A DNA stretch of 64,000 nt, from assembly GCA_043816005.1 (NCBI GenBank), contig JBDRIM010000041.1:3326-67325 (forward strand), given 5' to 3'. A model generated the notes under the pieces. That model did no database searches. It was given only the letters and a program-made list of their open reading frames with translations, and had not been told where the DNA came from. The translations under genes were made by a program, and so were the position numbers. This DNA comes from Candidatus Micrarchaeota archaeon. GTDB taxonomy: Archaea; Micrarchaeota; Micrarchaeia; Anstonellales; Bilamarchaeaceae. Shown here in pieces: positions 28,742-38,933 of this stretch (position 1 is the stretch's first letter; the number at the start of each line of letters is the position of its first letter).

Positions 28742-29191
28742 GTGAAGTATAGTATGGAAAAAGTACTCATTTTATCAGGAAGCAAAAGCGATGAAGAAAT
28801 AGCAAAGCAAGTGATGGATGTCCTAGCTGCGTTTGGAGTCCCGTGTAGATATGAGGTTGCATCGGCACATCGTAATCCTGACAAAGTTGATAGATTAGTA
28901 AAAGAATCAACAGCAAGTGTTTTCATAGCAATAGCTGGCCTCAGTGCAGCATTACCTGGAGTAGTAGCATCAAAAACAACAAAACCAGTAATTGGTGTTC
29001 CAGTAAATGCAGCATTGAACGGCTTGGATGCGTTATTAGCAGTTTCGCAAATGCCACCAAATGTGCCAGTTGCATGTGTTGGAATAGGTATGGGGAAAAA
29101 TGCAGGACTTTTAGCAGTACAGATATTAGCCTTAACAGATTCTTCAATTGCCACAAAATTGGCCGAATTCAAAGAAAAATTAAAACAATAA
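28742..29191 (+). CDS. purE: PurE (N5-CAIR mutase / AIR carboxylase family)
   Basis: GSKSD, SAHRNP and AGLSAALPGVVASKTTKPVIGVP motifs. Start could be the ATG at 28754. Confidence 0.85.
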   Translation: MKYSMEKVLILSGSKSDEEIAKQVMDVLAAFGVPCRYEVASAHRNPDKVDRLVKESTASVFIAIAGLSAALPGVVASKTTKPVIGVPVNAALNGLDALLAVSQMPPNVPVACVGIGMGKNAGLLAVQILALTDSSIATKLAEFKEKLKQ

Positions 29192-29216
29192 GTAGGATGG
29201 ATAGAAGAGAATTCAT

Positions 29217-30431
29217 ATGGCAGTAGATTCAGAAAAGATGTATCATTTACGCAAACAGTTACGTGTACTAGAACAGTTCCATGGTAGTGGAACAGAATTA
29301 ATTTCAGTTTATATTCCAGCAGGATCTGCAGTGCATGAAATGAGCAGTAAATTAAGAGAGGAAATGAGTCAGGCAAGCAATATCAAATCAAAATCAACTA
29401 AATTGAATGTTCTAGGTGCCCTCGAAAGGATAATGAATCATTTGAAATTATACAAGAGGACACCAAAAAATGGGATTGCTGTTTTCACAGGAAATGTATC
29501 TGAAAATTCAGCAAAGATAGATATACAACTTTTTACAATCGAACCACCAGAACCACTAAACATCGGCGCCTATCGCTGTGACAGTAAATTTTTCCTTGAG
29601 CCACTTCAAAATATGATGGGATCGACTGATTCCTATGGAATCGTGGTTATGGATGGAAGAGAGGCAACTGTTGCAATTGTTAAAGGAACGAATATTACAA
29701 TAATCAAAAAACTAAACTCCACAGCACACGCAAAGATTAGGAAGGGCGGACAAAGTGCCAGACGTTATGAGCGTCTCATAGAGGAACAAATAGAGACATA
29801 CTATAAGCGCGTTGGAGATGCCATGGATGGTGCCTACCTCAAAAATGAAAGATGCGTAATGAAAGGCGTTATTGTTGGTGGTCCAGGACCTGCTAAGGAA
29901 TTCTTTATGAAAATGAGCCCGTTCAATTACCAAATAAAAGTTATGGGTGTTGTTGACACTGGGTATACTGATGAGTATGGCATAAGAGAAGTATTATCGA
30001 AAAGTGAAACCATACTTGCGCAACAGGAAGCAGTAAAAGAGAAAGTACTTATTGATCGTTTTATAAAAGAGATAGTAAGCGATGGACTTGCAACCTATGG
30101 TGAACGAGAGGTTCGTGATGTCATAACTACAAAGCAAGCAGAGAAGGTGTTGCTGTCCGAAGGCCTAACCTACTTAAGTGGTCTTTACAAATGCAGCACA
30201 TGTGATATCGAAGAGAAAAGAATTGTTAGAGCGGATGATACGATCCAATGTAAATCATGTAATGGCCAAATGAAATTACAGTCAAAAGAACTATTGATAG
30301 ATGATCTTGCAGAATTAGCAAAACAACTGGAGATCACTGTTGAAATCATATCAACTGATACTGTGGAAGGTGCACAATTTTTAACTGGATTCGGTGGAAT
30401 TGGAGCCTTCTTGAGGTACAGGAACAGGTAG
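29217..30431 (+). CDS. prf1: Peptide chain release factor aRF1
   Basis: NIKS (ASNIKSKS) and GGQ (KGGQSARRYERL) motifs; archaeal/eukaryotic class I RF architecture. Confidence 0.9.
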   Translation: MAVDSEKMYHLRKQLRVLEQFHGSGTELISVYIPAGSAVHEMSSKLREEMSQASNIKSKSTKLNVLGALERIMNHLKLYKRTPKNGIAVFTGNVSENSAKIDIQLFTIEPPEPLNIGAYRCDSKFFLEPLQNMMGSTDSYGIVVMDGREATVAIVKGTNITIIKKLNSTAHAKIRKGGQSARRYERLIEEQIETYYKRVGDAMDGAYLKNERCVMKGVIVGGPGPAKEFFMKMSPFNYQIKVMGVVDTGYTDEYGIREVLSKSETILAQQEAVKEKVLIDRFIKEIVSDGLATYGEREVRDVITTKQAEKVLLSEGLTYLSGLYKCSTCDIEEKRIVRADDTIQCKSCNGQMKLQSKELLIDDLAELAKQLEITVEIISTDTVEGAQFLTGFGGIGAFLRYRNR

Positions 30432-31058
30432 ATGTATCACGTTTATGCTACATGCACCTAAAGTATAATCTGACCCAACACTAACGACCATGCCAGCATT
30501 ATAGTATTTGGCTTGTTCATTTCCAGCTTTTACATAAACCGTAATACCATCTTTCAACATAGTAGTGCAATCCTCAAGTGAAAGTGTGCCTGTTGGAGTC
30601 ACACAGCCGTCATTTGAAAATGACATAGGAACAACTGTTTTACCGCCCATGCCACTACTTGCAGCAAAATCCACACCACATTGAAGAACATTGTTCGAAT
30701 TTACAGGATCATTTGTATTTCTGACATCCATGATAATGTAAACATTTTCAGCAGATGCAAAAATTTCCTTAAATGACTCTTGGTCGATTTCAGGACCAAA
30801 TTGTAAAGTATTTTGGAGATTTAGAAAAACCAGATAAATAAGAATACCAAAAAGAACTACAATGGCCATAATTTTTAACTTCCCACTAGTATCCACTGTT
30901 TTTTTGGTTTCAACTGGTTTTTGAACTTCTTTGGGTTGGTGGATTTCGTTGGTTTTTACAACTCTGATTTCTTTTGGTGTTTCATTAACAGTAGCCATAA
31001 CTTTTGAATTTACTTCTTTTTTCTTCGAACGTTTAACGGATTTAGATTTCTTTTTCAT
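30381..31058 (-). CDS. Hypothetical Lys-rich, single-TM anchored protein
   Basis: Basic N-terminus, one TM (IMAIVVLFGILIYLVFL), Cys-containing C-terminal domain resembling the C-terminus of the upstream 702-aa protein. ATG at 31058 preferred over TTG at 31070. Confidence 0.4.
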   Translation of the reverse strand: MKKKSKSVKRSKKKEVNSKVMATVNETPKEIRVVKTNEIHQPKEVQKPVETKKTVDTSGKLKIMAIVVLFGILIYLVFLNLQNTLQFGPEIDQESFKEIFASAENVYIIMDVRNTNDPVNSNNVLQCGVDFAASSGMGGKTVVPMSFSNDGCVTPTGTLSLEDCTTMLKDGITVYVKAGNEQAKYYNAGMVVSVGSDYTLGACSINVIHLPVPVPQEGSNSTESS

Positions 31059-31062
31059 ATAA

Positions 31063-33171
31063 TCAACCAAACATTGATACTAATGGACATGAAGTATAAT
31101 ATTGTTTATTTGCAGTTATTTCTGCACTGTTCTTATAAATTATAGACAACCGAATTGAATTGCTAGTATCAGAATGGCCAAGGATAAATGATGAAGGAGA
31201 ATTGGCCGTATTATTGATACATTGTAATGAAGTTGCTGCAGTAGACGTATTTGAACCATTTGCAATCGTACATGTGCTTGGTGTTACAGTATAAATTGTC
31301 CATGTTTTATTTTTACTACCGAGTGAATCTGCTAGTTTTTCAGCACATGTCTGCATTGCTTCTGCATCTGATAATGTAACATTCCTAAGGTCAACCATGA
31401 TTACAGCAGATTCTTTTGGCTCGAAATCTGCCATAAATTCCGTGAGTGTTGCACTCGATGATGTTTTCCCTAAAAATACAAACATAAAGGTACTAAATAG
31501 GAATAATAATACCAAAACTGATAGTAGTGCAGCTGCCAGAAGATGATTGGTTTTTGGAACTCTGAAGTTGTTTACAGCAAAAAGATACAAAAATGCCAAA
31601 AGAACTAATGAGGTAAATGAAAGGAATGTTACAAGTGAGAAAATAGCTAATACCCATGGATTATCAGGGATCTCAGCTCTATTAATGAAATTAGTATTGT
31701 CTGCAAGAGAAGCAATACCAACATTAACTCGTCTTGCAAAACCTCTAAACATAGATACTGCTTTCTTAGATGGGCTATCTTGTTCATTCTGAAGAAGATT
31801 TTGGGCTCTTAATGTTAAATCAGTGTAATTTCCCTCAAGAAGTACTAGCTCATCAATAGTAAGACCATCTCTGAACTGAGCATTAAGATCATATGTTTGG
31901 TTGATTAAAACATTAAGAGAAGACAAAGTGATTGGATCAAGATCTTTTGTTTCTAACACCATGATGACCGAATTCTCAATATTTTTTGCGTTTAATGTCC
32001 GAGTATATTGATCCATAGCTACATCAGTCATATTTGAAACAACAATAGTGAGATTTTTGTATTGGATAATGTCGCTATCAAGAGTAGTAAAGTTTCTTTG
32101 TGAGATCCTCAATGGAATAGAAGTGTGAAGTGATTGTAATGATGCCAATTTTTGAGATAAAACCGGATCTAGAACGTGGCTAATAGTTTCTTTGGCTAAT
32201 GTTATTGTATCATTTGCAGATTGATTAAATGACTTAAATATTTTAGTATAGTTTTCTGCAATTGCAGTATTGGTAGCATATTCAATTCTTGATTGGGTTT
32301 CATCGTAGATTGCAATGGCAGATGAATTGAAATTCTGCAACGGTGCTACTTTTGTAACCAACGCAGTTGATTTTGAAACCACATCATCTGCAGCACCCTG
32401 ATCAATATCTATGGATGGACAGATAGCCATACATTTGAATTGACAAGCTGCACGATCAGCAGTATCATTGAGTTTAGGAGTACGAAAAATGGAATATTCG
32501 ATTTTTTCTGAAAGTGGTTTGAGTTCCGTAGATGTTGTTTTGATATAATTAAGAGTATCTACCAGACTATCTTCGTCTAAATTGGTAAGCTTATCAGTAT
32601 AGTTAGCAACAAACAAATCCATTTTGATACTAGATGGAGTAAATTGGAAAAGCGGGTCCATCAAGGTTGTTGGTGAGCCTAAGCCTAAACCTTCACCATA
32701 AACACTGAATAATAGCATTGCATTTTTCATACAAGATTCATTGTCAAGACAACGAACAGGTTGACCAAAAACTGAAATTTTACCATTTGATAAGAGAATA
32801 TCATCACGGCAAATATATTCTTCTTTGTTCTTGAAGTCATAACCATCATTTCTACTGTCATTGAATTTTTTGATTGTTTGTAAGAGATCGTCGATTTCAT
32901 CTTGTGTTGGATAGTAGGTTTTCATATAATGAGTGTAGATTGCAGAATTGATTTCTGCCTCTTCTGTTATCATATTATTATTCTTCAACAAAAACGTATC
33001 TACTCCGTCAAATTGCACTATGGAATAGTTATCATCATCCAAGGAAAAGTTTGAATAAGTAACAGTAACATTCGCTTCGTCTGCAAAAAAATAAGGTGAC
33101 AGATTGAAAGCAAAAATCAAACCGGATAATAACAGTAGGAGCGCTACTGATTTGAGGGAGGTCATCGACAT
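31063..33171 (-). CDS. Hypothetical large surface/membrane protein rich in N-x-S/T sequons
   Basis: Signal/anchor at the N-terminus, long extracytoplasmic region, two TM helices near residue 510-560, then a Cys-containing tail domain. Confidence 0.4.
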   Translation of the reverse strand: MSMTSLKSVALLLLLSGLIFAFNLSPYFFADEANVTVTYSNFSLDDDNYSIVQFDGVDTFLLKNNNMITEEAEINSAIYTHYMKTYYPTQDEIDDLLQTIKKFNDSRNDGYDFKNKEEYICRDDILLSNGKISVFGQPVRCLDNESCMKNAMLLFSVYGEGLGLGSPTTLMDPLFQFTPSSIKMDLFVANYTDKLTNLDEDSLVDTLNYIKTTSTELKPLSEKIEYSIFRTPKLNDTADRAACQFKCMAICPSIDIDQGAADDVVSKSTALVTKVAPLQNFNSSAIAIYDETQSRIEYATNTAIAENYTKIFKSFNQSANDTITLAKETISHVLDPVLSQKLASLQSLHTSIPLRISQRNFTTLDSDIIQYKNLTIVVSNMTDVAMDQYTRTLNAKNIENSVIMVLETKDLDPITLSSLNVLINQTYDLNAQFRDGLTIDELVLLEGNYTDLTLRAQNLLQNEQDSPSKKAVSMFRGFARRVNVGIASLADNTNFINRAEIPDNPWVLAIFSLVTFLSFTSLVLLAFLYLFAVNNFRVPKTNHLLAAALLSVLVLLFLFSTFMFVFLGKTSSSATLTEFMADFEPKESAVIMVDLRNVTLSDAEAMQTCAEKLADSLGSKNKTWTIYTVTPSTCTIANGSNTSTAATSLQCINNTANSPSSFILGHSDTSNSIRLSIIYKNSAEITANKQYYTSCPLVSMFG

Positions 33172-33206
33172 TAATTTTGTAAGGTTAGTTTAAATACGTT
33201 TTCATT

Positions 33207-34193
33207 TCAACGCTCACGATTGATAACATAGTCAGCAATTGATAAAAGTGCTTTTTTATCTTCAGAATCAGGAAGCAAACGCAATTCTTTTTTGGCATCA
33301 GCAACAAGATTTTTTGCATATGATTTAGCATAATCAATAGAACCATGTTTGTCAAGGATCGTTATTGCAGTAAGAATGTCCTCTTGATTTTTTGAATGTG
33401 AAGAAAGTATGGATATTAAACTGGATTTATTAGCTTCATTTGCTTTTTCAAGGCAGTGAACAACCATTAAGGTTCTCTTGCCTTCAGATATGTCTCCGCC
33501 GATTTCTTTTTTGTATGTTTCAAAATTACCAGTAAGATTTAAGATGTCATCCTGGATCTGAAAAGCTGCACCTATTTTCTCTCCGTAATCATGGAGGGCA
33601 ACCATTACTTTTTTCGATGCTCCTGCAAGTAAGCCACCAGCTTCGCATGATAAACTTATCAAAGTTGAGGTCTTCCCATTGATCATAGTGAGATACTCTT
33701 TTTCGCTTATATCAAACCTACCTGAATGAATCCATGATAATTCAATACCTTGTCCATCTACGACTTTTTTGAATGCTGATGAGTACAATTTCTGAAGTTT
33801 AGATAACAGTGATTGTTTCATATCTAAGAAAACAAGTTTCTTCCAAAGCAATGTATATAGTGCATCCCCTGAGTTAAGTGCAATCGGTAAACCACAAGTT
33901 ATATGTAGAGTTGGTTCGCCCCTCCTAAAATCAGAATTGTCTTCGATATCATCATGTATGAGAGTAAAATTGTGAAAAAGTTCCAATATCACAGATGCTT
34001 GAACAACTGATTCGTATTTTCCACCACTTGCACCGCATGATAGAAACATAAGCGCAGGACGAATGCGCTTGCCACCACGTCTTATAAAAGGTGATATCAT
34101 GCCATAGGTACGACTATCCTCATTTGAAAGTTCCTTTTCTATAGTTATTTCTACCTTATCAAGATATGATTTTATATGAGAATAAAGTTCCAT
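33207..34193 (-). CDS. idsA: Polyprenyl (geranylgeranyl) diphosphate synthase
   Basis: First and second Asp-rich motifs LIHDDIEDNSDFRRG and FQIQDDILN. Confidence 0.8.
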   Translation of the reverse strand: MELYSHIKSYLDKVEITIEKELSNEDSRTYGMISPFIRRGGKRIRPALMFLSCGASGGKYESVVQASVILELFHNFTLIHDDIEDNSDFRRGEPTLHITCGLPIALNSGDALYTLLWKKLVFLDMKQSLLSKLQKLYSSAFKKVVDGQGIELSWIHSGRFDISEKEYLTMINGKTSTLISLSCEAGGLLAGASKKVMVALHDYGEKIGAAFQIQDDILNLTGNFETYKKEIGGDISEGKRTLMVVHCLEKANEANKSSLISILSSHSKNQEDILTAITILDKHGSIDYAKSYAKNLVADAKKELRLLPDSEDKKALLSIADYVINRER

Positions 34194-34255
34194 AGATCTA
34201 ACCTCTCAAAATATTATTTACAGGGGGTTAAAAAGGGACATGGGCCCCTTTTATA

Positions 34256-34555
34256 TTAAAGTCTTTTCGAATATCCACATTTGCAAGTTACCCTTAAACA
34301 ATTATTCTTTCTGTCAAAGTTAACTTTTATTGACTTGTCAGGTATCCAAACCAGATAACATTTTCTACAAAAACTATTTTTAAGGTCTCCTGGAAGCTTT
34401 ATTTTGTGTTTTTTCAATAAATCAAATGCTAATTTTACATATCTTTTTGAACGGTCTGGCTTTGCACCAACATAAGCATCACGAGATTGATGTAATAATT
34501 TTTCTATGGATGAGCGTACGCTGGACTTTATAATCTTTTTCAGTTTACTATCCAT
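34256..34555 (-). CDS. rnp4: RNase P protein component 4 (Rpp21/Rpr2 family)
   Basis: C-terminal zinc ribbon CRKC...CKCG after a basic helical N-terminus. Start at MDSKL avoids overlap with the divergent DUF63 gene. Confidence 0.65.
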   Translation of the reverse strand: MDSKLKKIIKSSVRSSIEKLLHQSRDAYVGAKPDRSKRYVKLAFDLLKKHKIKLPGDLKNSFCRKCYLVWIPDKSIKVNFDRKNNCLRVTCKCGYSKRL

Positions 34556-34567
34556 GGAAGGGGTACG

Positions 34568-35404
34568 ATGGAAAACTTTATATACGATTACTTTATCAAA
34601 CCAATTTGGGACCATAGTGGGTATAATATCGTCAATACTTTGACGTATGCGATAATTGCAATAGTTGCAGTTTTCTTAATCCACAGGTGGTTCGGTTCAA
34701 TAAAACTCAAGATTGATAGTAATTTTATTCTCGGTGTAATGGCATTTGTATTATTTGGTTCAACTATAAGAGTCGTTACTGATTCAATAGATACTGGAAT
34801 ATTTACATCAATTACTCCAATTCATGAATTCGTATTGAATAGTCATCTTTGGGATTATGGGTATTTGACAGTTTCACCGGGAATTTATATAGTAACTGCT
34901 GCGATTTTGTTAATATCCATAGGAATTTTACACAGAATAAAAAGAATGGAGTTGTTGAAGTTTGTTGGAATTGGGATCTGGTTTCCGCATTTTCTGCTTC
35001 TTCTACCATTTATGAAATATGCTATTTTTGCAATCCCAATAGTTATTCTTGCAGCAATTCCAGCATATATTGCTTATATGTATTTTAAGAAAAAAGTTCT
35101 TGCAGCAATTGTTGCTGGTCAGGCACTCGATGGAGCAGCAACATTTTTTGTTATAGATCATTTTTCCAAAATTTCTGGTATCCAGTATTTCGAACAACAT
35201 GTTTTTTCAGCTGCTATAGGTACTCTTGGTGGTAGTTACTTTTTCTTCTATTTGGTAAAAACTGCAATCGCCTTCCTAGCCGCAGATGTAATTAACAAGG
35301 AGAAAATGGATAATGAAGCTAAGTATTATGTTGCACTTGTCCTTATGATAATGGGATTTGCACCTGGAATAAGAGACATATTAAGGATGATGATGGGCGC
35401 ATAA
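34568..35404 (+). CDS. DUF63-like archaeal membrane protein
   Basis: About 7 TM helices; overall pattern resembles archaeal DUF63 proteins. Confidence 0.45.
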   Translation: MENFIYDYFIKPIWDHSGYNIVNTLTYAIIAIVAVFLIHRWFGSIKLKIDSNFILGVMAFVLFGSTIRVVTDSIDTGIFTSITPIHEFVLNSHLWDYGYLTVSPGIYIVTAAILLISIGILHRIKRMELLKFVGIGIWFPHFLLLLPFMKYAIFAIPIVILAAIPAYIAYMYFKKKVLAAIVAGQALDGAATFFVIDHFSKISGIQYFEQHVFSAAIGTLGGSYFFFYLVKTAIAFLAADVINKEKMDNEAKYYVALVLMIMGFAPGIRDILRMMMGA

Positions 35405-35420
35405 TAATTGTTGCTGAAGA

Positions 35421-37181
35421 TTATAGTTTAGATGCAATAGCAATTAGCAAAAGGATACCACCAAGTAAAATAAGAGGAAGAGTAATTTTGGATATTGCAA
35501 CTATTGAATTTACAGTAGAAATAACCTCAATTGATTGTTTTGCACCGATGATACGGATGTCAAACCAGCGAGTATCAGAAAAGAATTTTGCTTCCTGCAT
35601 ATCCTCAATGGCTTCATTGCACGCATCAACTATAATTTCAAGTGTGGTTTCTTGGTCTTTTAATGGGTTCAAAACTCCGCGAACCATATTTGTCTGGTGA
35701 GTATCCGTTGTGAAAACACCAACAATGAAATTTTTCTTCTGTTTTTTTCCCAATGCAATGATAGATGATTCAATTTGGTCCCGAAATTCGGGCGTAACTC
35801 CATTCGAATCAATAAGAATAATAACGTACTCTGGATTTGATGAAAAAACTGCAACTTTTATTCCTGCTTTTCCGATTGTTGTTGATTCGAGTGAACGAAT
35901 TGCAACTCCGATGCGTAAGTTTTTTTTCGCCCCCACTTTTGAAAGTGCATTTTTAATCGCATTAATATAATTAAACGCAACTGGGCTTCCTGGTTCAAAA
36001 CTTGTAATTTCCCCAGTTTCAGCATTATGTTGATCTATGATCATCGCATGATCAACATATTTCTCAGCCTCAGATTTCATAGCCATTCCAAGACCAAGAT
36101 TGATATCTTCAGTAACTTCTGGAGCCCTACTCAGACCAACCATTGCAGAATTGTTGATACGAAGAGCTTGTGCTTTACATTCTTCTTTGTTACCAAGTGA
36201 GATTGAAACTTTTGCATTTGAATAAACTGCGTCGCTTATGGCACCATCTACGGCTGTCAAGATTTTGCTTATTTCACTTGTCGCTACTGGATTTAGATCG
36301 TGAGTAACAGTACCGTGAAAAACAAATGTTTTTGATTTGTATTTCTTATCGATTTCATTTGCAATCAGATAAGAAAATTCACTTCCCCCCAAATTTCCAA
36401 AAGGGCCATAATGGACATATGGAGTTACAAAAAAGACAGTATCATTTTTACGTTTAAAACCAGATATAGTGAGCATGGTTTTTGCATCTTCACCAACTTG
36501 TTCAAATGCCTTTTCGATATCTTTGTTATGGTATAGCCATGCACTAAAAAGATAGGATGCAGCGTCTGTACTGCTCAATCCAAGATTTTTTTTCATTGGT
36601 GCGTTTATTATGAAAAAGAATAATACAATTGAGCCCAAAAGAACGAATGATGATATGTAAAATTTTGCTGCAATATCCCAAAATGATGCATCTGTGTTAT
36701 ATAGAACTTGATCACTCAATAAAAACAAAATGTAAAAGAGAAGCTGTATCATTGCAAAGAGAATTGAACGGTATTTTAGGATAAATACAAACCTTGCGAT
36801 TATATACCAAAAGACAAAGACAATTGCAGCACCAACAAGAATCACAAGTTGAGCCCAAAATTGATTAACGTCAGAGAGAACCATACTAACCAAATATGCA
36901 ATGGCATATACAGTTTCACCTGCAAGAGCAGTAGCAGCTATACGCCGATATGGCATTTTTGAAATCATGATTTTTATCACGATTGATGATAATAACGCCG
37001 GTAGTGTCAAAAGCATCATGCCACTAATGACTGCATTTTGAAGGATATTTGGATCACCGAGATTGAGTAGAATTCCGAAGATAAGACCCACAATAATCAT
37101 AGTAATGATGATAAAACGAGATGGGGGGAGTGTAATGAAGTATGATGTAAGATTAATAGCACGGTTGATGTTTTTTGTCAT
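35421..37181 (-). CDS. DUF2070-like membrane protein
   Basis: N-terminal polytopic region, a large soluble domain and a C-terminal TM; size and layout typical of archaeal DUF2070. Confidence 0.45.
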   Translation of the reverse strand: MTKNINRAINLTSYFITLPPSRFIIITMIIVGLIFGILLNLGDPNILQNAVISGMMLLTLPALLSSIVIKIMISKMPYRRIAATALAGETVYAIAYLVSMVLSDVNQFWAQLVILVGAAIVFVFWYIIARFVFILKYRSILFAMIQLLFYILFLLSDQVLYNTDASFWDIAAKFYISSFVLLGSIVLFFFIINAPMKKNLGLSSTDAASYLFSAWLYHNKDIEKAFEQVGEDAKTMLTISGFKRKNDTVFFVTPYVHYGPFGNLGGSEFSYLIANEIDKKYKSKTFVFHGTVTHDLNPVATSEISKILTAVDGAISDAVYSNAKVSISLGNKEECKAQALRINNSAMVGLSRAPEVTEDINLGLGMAMKSEAEKYVDHAMIIDQHNAETGEITSFEPGSPVAFNYINAIKNALSKVGAKKNLRIGVAIRSLESTTIGKAGIKVAVFSSNPEYVIILIDSNGVTPEFRDQIESSIIALGKKQKKNFIVGVFTTDTHQTNMVRGVLNPLKDQETTLEIIVDACNEAIEDMQEAKFFSDTRWFDIRIIGAKQSIEVISTVNSIVAISKITLPLILLGGILLLIAIASKL

Positions 37182-37267
37182 AAAAATCCTTGATTTTTAT
37201 TATTGAAATTTTTCCAAAATTTCAATGTCATCGGTTTTTAATATCATTCTCAATGGTTTAAAACTGT

Positions 37268-37885
37268 ATGTTGAACCTTATTTGCCCAAAATGTGGTAGA
37301 ACAAGTGATAAAGTTGGATTCGTAGAGGCTTTTTGCATTGATTGTTTTCCGATACGCTTAACATTACCGCACAAAATAACCTTTGAGAGATGTGTAAGAT
37401 GCGAAAAAATAAAATTTCGTGGATATTGGACAGCGTACAACGAACGTAAGATTACGGATTTTATCTTAAGTAAATGTAAGGGAGATTTCAAGTCAGCAAA
37501 TTATGACTTTGAAAAGAATGTTGTAATATTTGAAATTAAAAGCAGTACGAAAATTGAGAAAAGTATGTTGCTCGAATTTACCAAAACAATCTGTCAACAA
37601 TGTTCGCGAATAAGTGGTGGTTATTACGAGGGCATAATACAATTACGTGGCAACCGAACGAAAATAGAAGAATATGCAAAAAAAATGTTAGAGAGACTTG
37701 AGAAGGTTACTTTCCTTACAAAAACAGAAGAAAAAGATGAAGGAATAGACTTGTATGTTGGACGATCAAAACCAGTCATAAAATTAGTGTCTGACCTTGG
37801 GATAAAAACAGTGATGACAAAAAAACTTGTTGGACAGGAACAAGGAAAACGACTTTACAGAACTACTTTCTTAGTTCGCTTGTAA
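37268..37885 (+). CDS. NMD3-family protein (archaeal short form)
   Basis: Two CxxC pairs at the N-terminus (CPKCGR...CIDC; CVRCEK) and CQQCSR...GGYYEGIIQLRG, typical of NMD3. Confidence 0.6.
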   Translation: MLNLICPKCGRTSDKVGFVEAFCIDCFPIRLTLPHKITFERCVRCEKIKFRGYWTAYNERKITDFILSKCKGDFKSANYDFEKNVVIFEIKSSTKIEKSMLLEFTKTICQQCSRISGGYYEGIIQLRGNRTKIEEYAKKMLERLEKVTFLTKTEEKDEGIDLYVGRSKPVIKLVSDLGIKTVMTKKLVGQEQGKRLYRTTFLVRL

Positions 37886-38692
37886 TTAAACATCTCTGAA
37901 CCGCAATGTGAATTTCAGTGGTTTGGTGTTTGGTGCAAGACTTAATGCAGGTGGAATTTTGAGATTAACATTGTTTGTGAACTTTAGAATTTGATCTATT
38001 TGAGTTTGTGTTAATGAATCAGAAAAACAATTTAAAAAACAAAGAAGATTTTCAGCACAAAGATAGAGTAATGCAGTTAAATTGTCTTTAATTTCCTGTG
38101 GACGTTTCTCCATCGTAGTTGTTCCTTCGGAGTTGGGAGTATTGTAGTTCAACCCGAATATACTTGAGTGGGATTTTTGGCAAAGAATCCAGTATTGATT
38201 GAAAAAGAATTTCTCGAAGACTTCCTTAGAATATAGTTTCTTCATTACTTTTTGGAAATTGTATTTTCTTCTCAAATTCTCTAGTTTTTTTTCACTTGTA
38301 TTTGACCATTTTTTTTGAGTGAGAAGTTTGAGTTTTTCTGAATCAAGATCATCCATTTCTTTGAAGTTTTTATAGATTTCAACATCAGTTAGATAGGCAT
38401 ATTGCCAAATAATTGTCTCGAAAATTGTTCGCATATTATTTCCGGCAGGATCAATAAGGCCGCTTCTTGTCATCTGGTATGCTGCTGAAAGATATATTGT
38501 ATTGCGATAGAAGAAAGCTGCAAGATATTGGGAGCGTTCATCAAGTTTTTTTCTCACTAAATTTGCATAGCTATCGAATGAAAAGGAAATTGCATTTTCT
38601 AGAAGACTGCATTGTTCAGCAAATAGTCTACCGCTTTGCATGTAAACATGTTCATGTTTCTCTTGAATTTTATCAAAGCTCATATCAATCAA
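37886..38692 (-). CDS. Hypothetical alpha-helical protein, last gene of the orc1-led operon
   Basis: 268 aa; overlaps the upstream gene by 8 nt. Vague resemblance to AbiV/DUF5677-type helical proteins, not supportable by motif. Confidence 0.3.
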   Translation of the reverse strand: MIDMSFDKIQEKHEHVYMQSGRLFAEQCSLLENAISFSFDSYANLVRKKLDERSQYLAAFFYRNTIYLSAAYQMTRSGLIDPAGNNMRTIFETIIWQYAYLTDVEIYKNFKEMDDLDSEKLKLLTQKKWSNTSEKKLENLRRKYNFQKVMKKLYSKEVFEKFFFNQYWILCQKSHSSIFGLNYNTPNSEGTTTMEKRPQEIKDNLTALLYLCAENLLCFLNCFSDSLTQTQIDQILKFTNNVNLKIPPALSLAPNTKPLKFTLRFRDV

Positions 38693-38933
38693 TTATAATT
38701 TTTTTTCCAGTCAGTTTTTCATAAACTGTTTCAGATAATTGTTTGTGTTGTCCTTGGAATACTGCATACTGTTGTGGTTTGTCTTTTTTTAATTGTGAGA
38801 AAAAACCTGCAAATTCATCACGAATTTGTGCAGTTATGTTATTGTCAGCTAATTTTAATTTCTCGTTCCAGCTAGTTATTTTCTTTTGAGTATTTTTATA
38901 ATCATCTGATTCAATCAGATCTGTAAGATTCAT
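38685..38933 (-). CDS. Hypothetical small protein (82 aa) in the orc1-led operon
   Basis: 4-nt ATGA-type overlap with the upstream gene. Confidence 0.35.
   Translation of the reverse strand: MNLTDLIESDDYKNTQKKITSWNEKLKLADNNITAQIRDEFAGFFSQLKKDKPQQYAVFQGQHKQLSETVYEKLTGKKIIID

Noticed and set aside
28726-29376. 216-aa minus-strand ORF
   Set aside because: It lies antisense to purE and the start of aRF1, both of which have clear family motifs. Its sequence is low-complexity and hydrophobic. The same reasoning applies to other antisense ORFs such as 2100-2534, 21888-22175, 26110-26619, 57006-57488 and 61208-61579.
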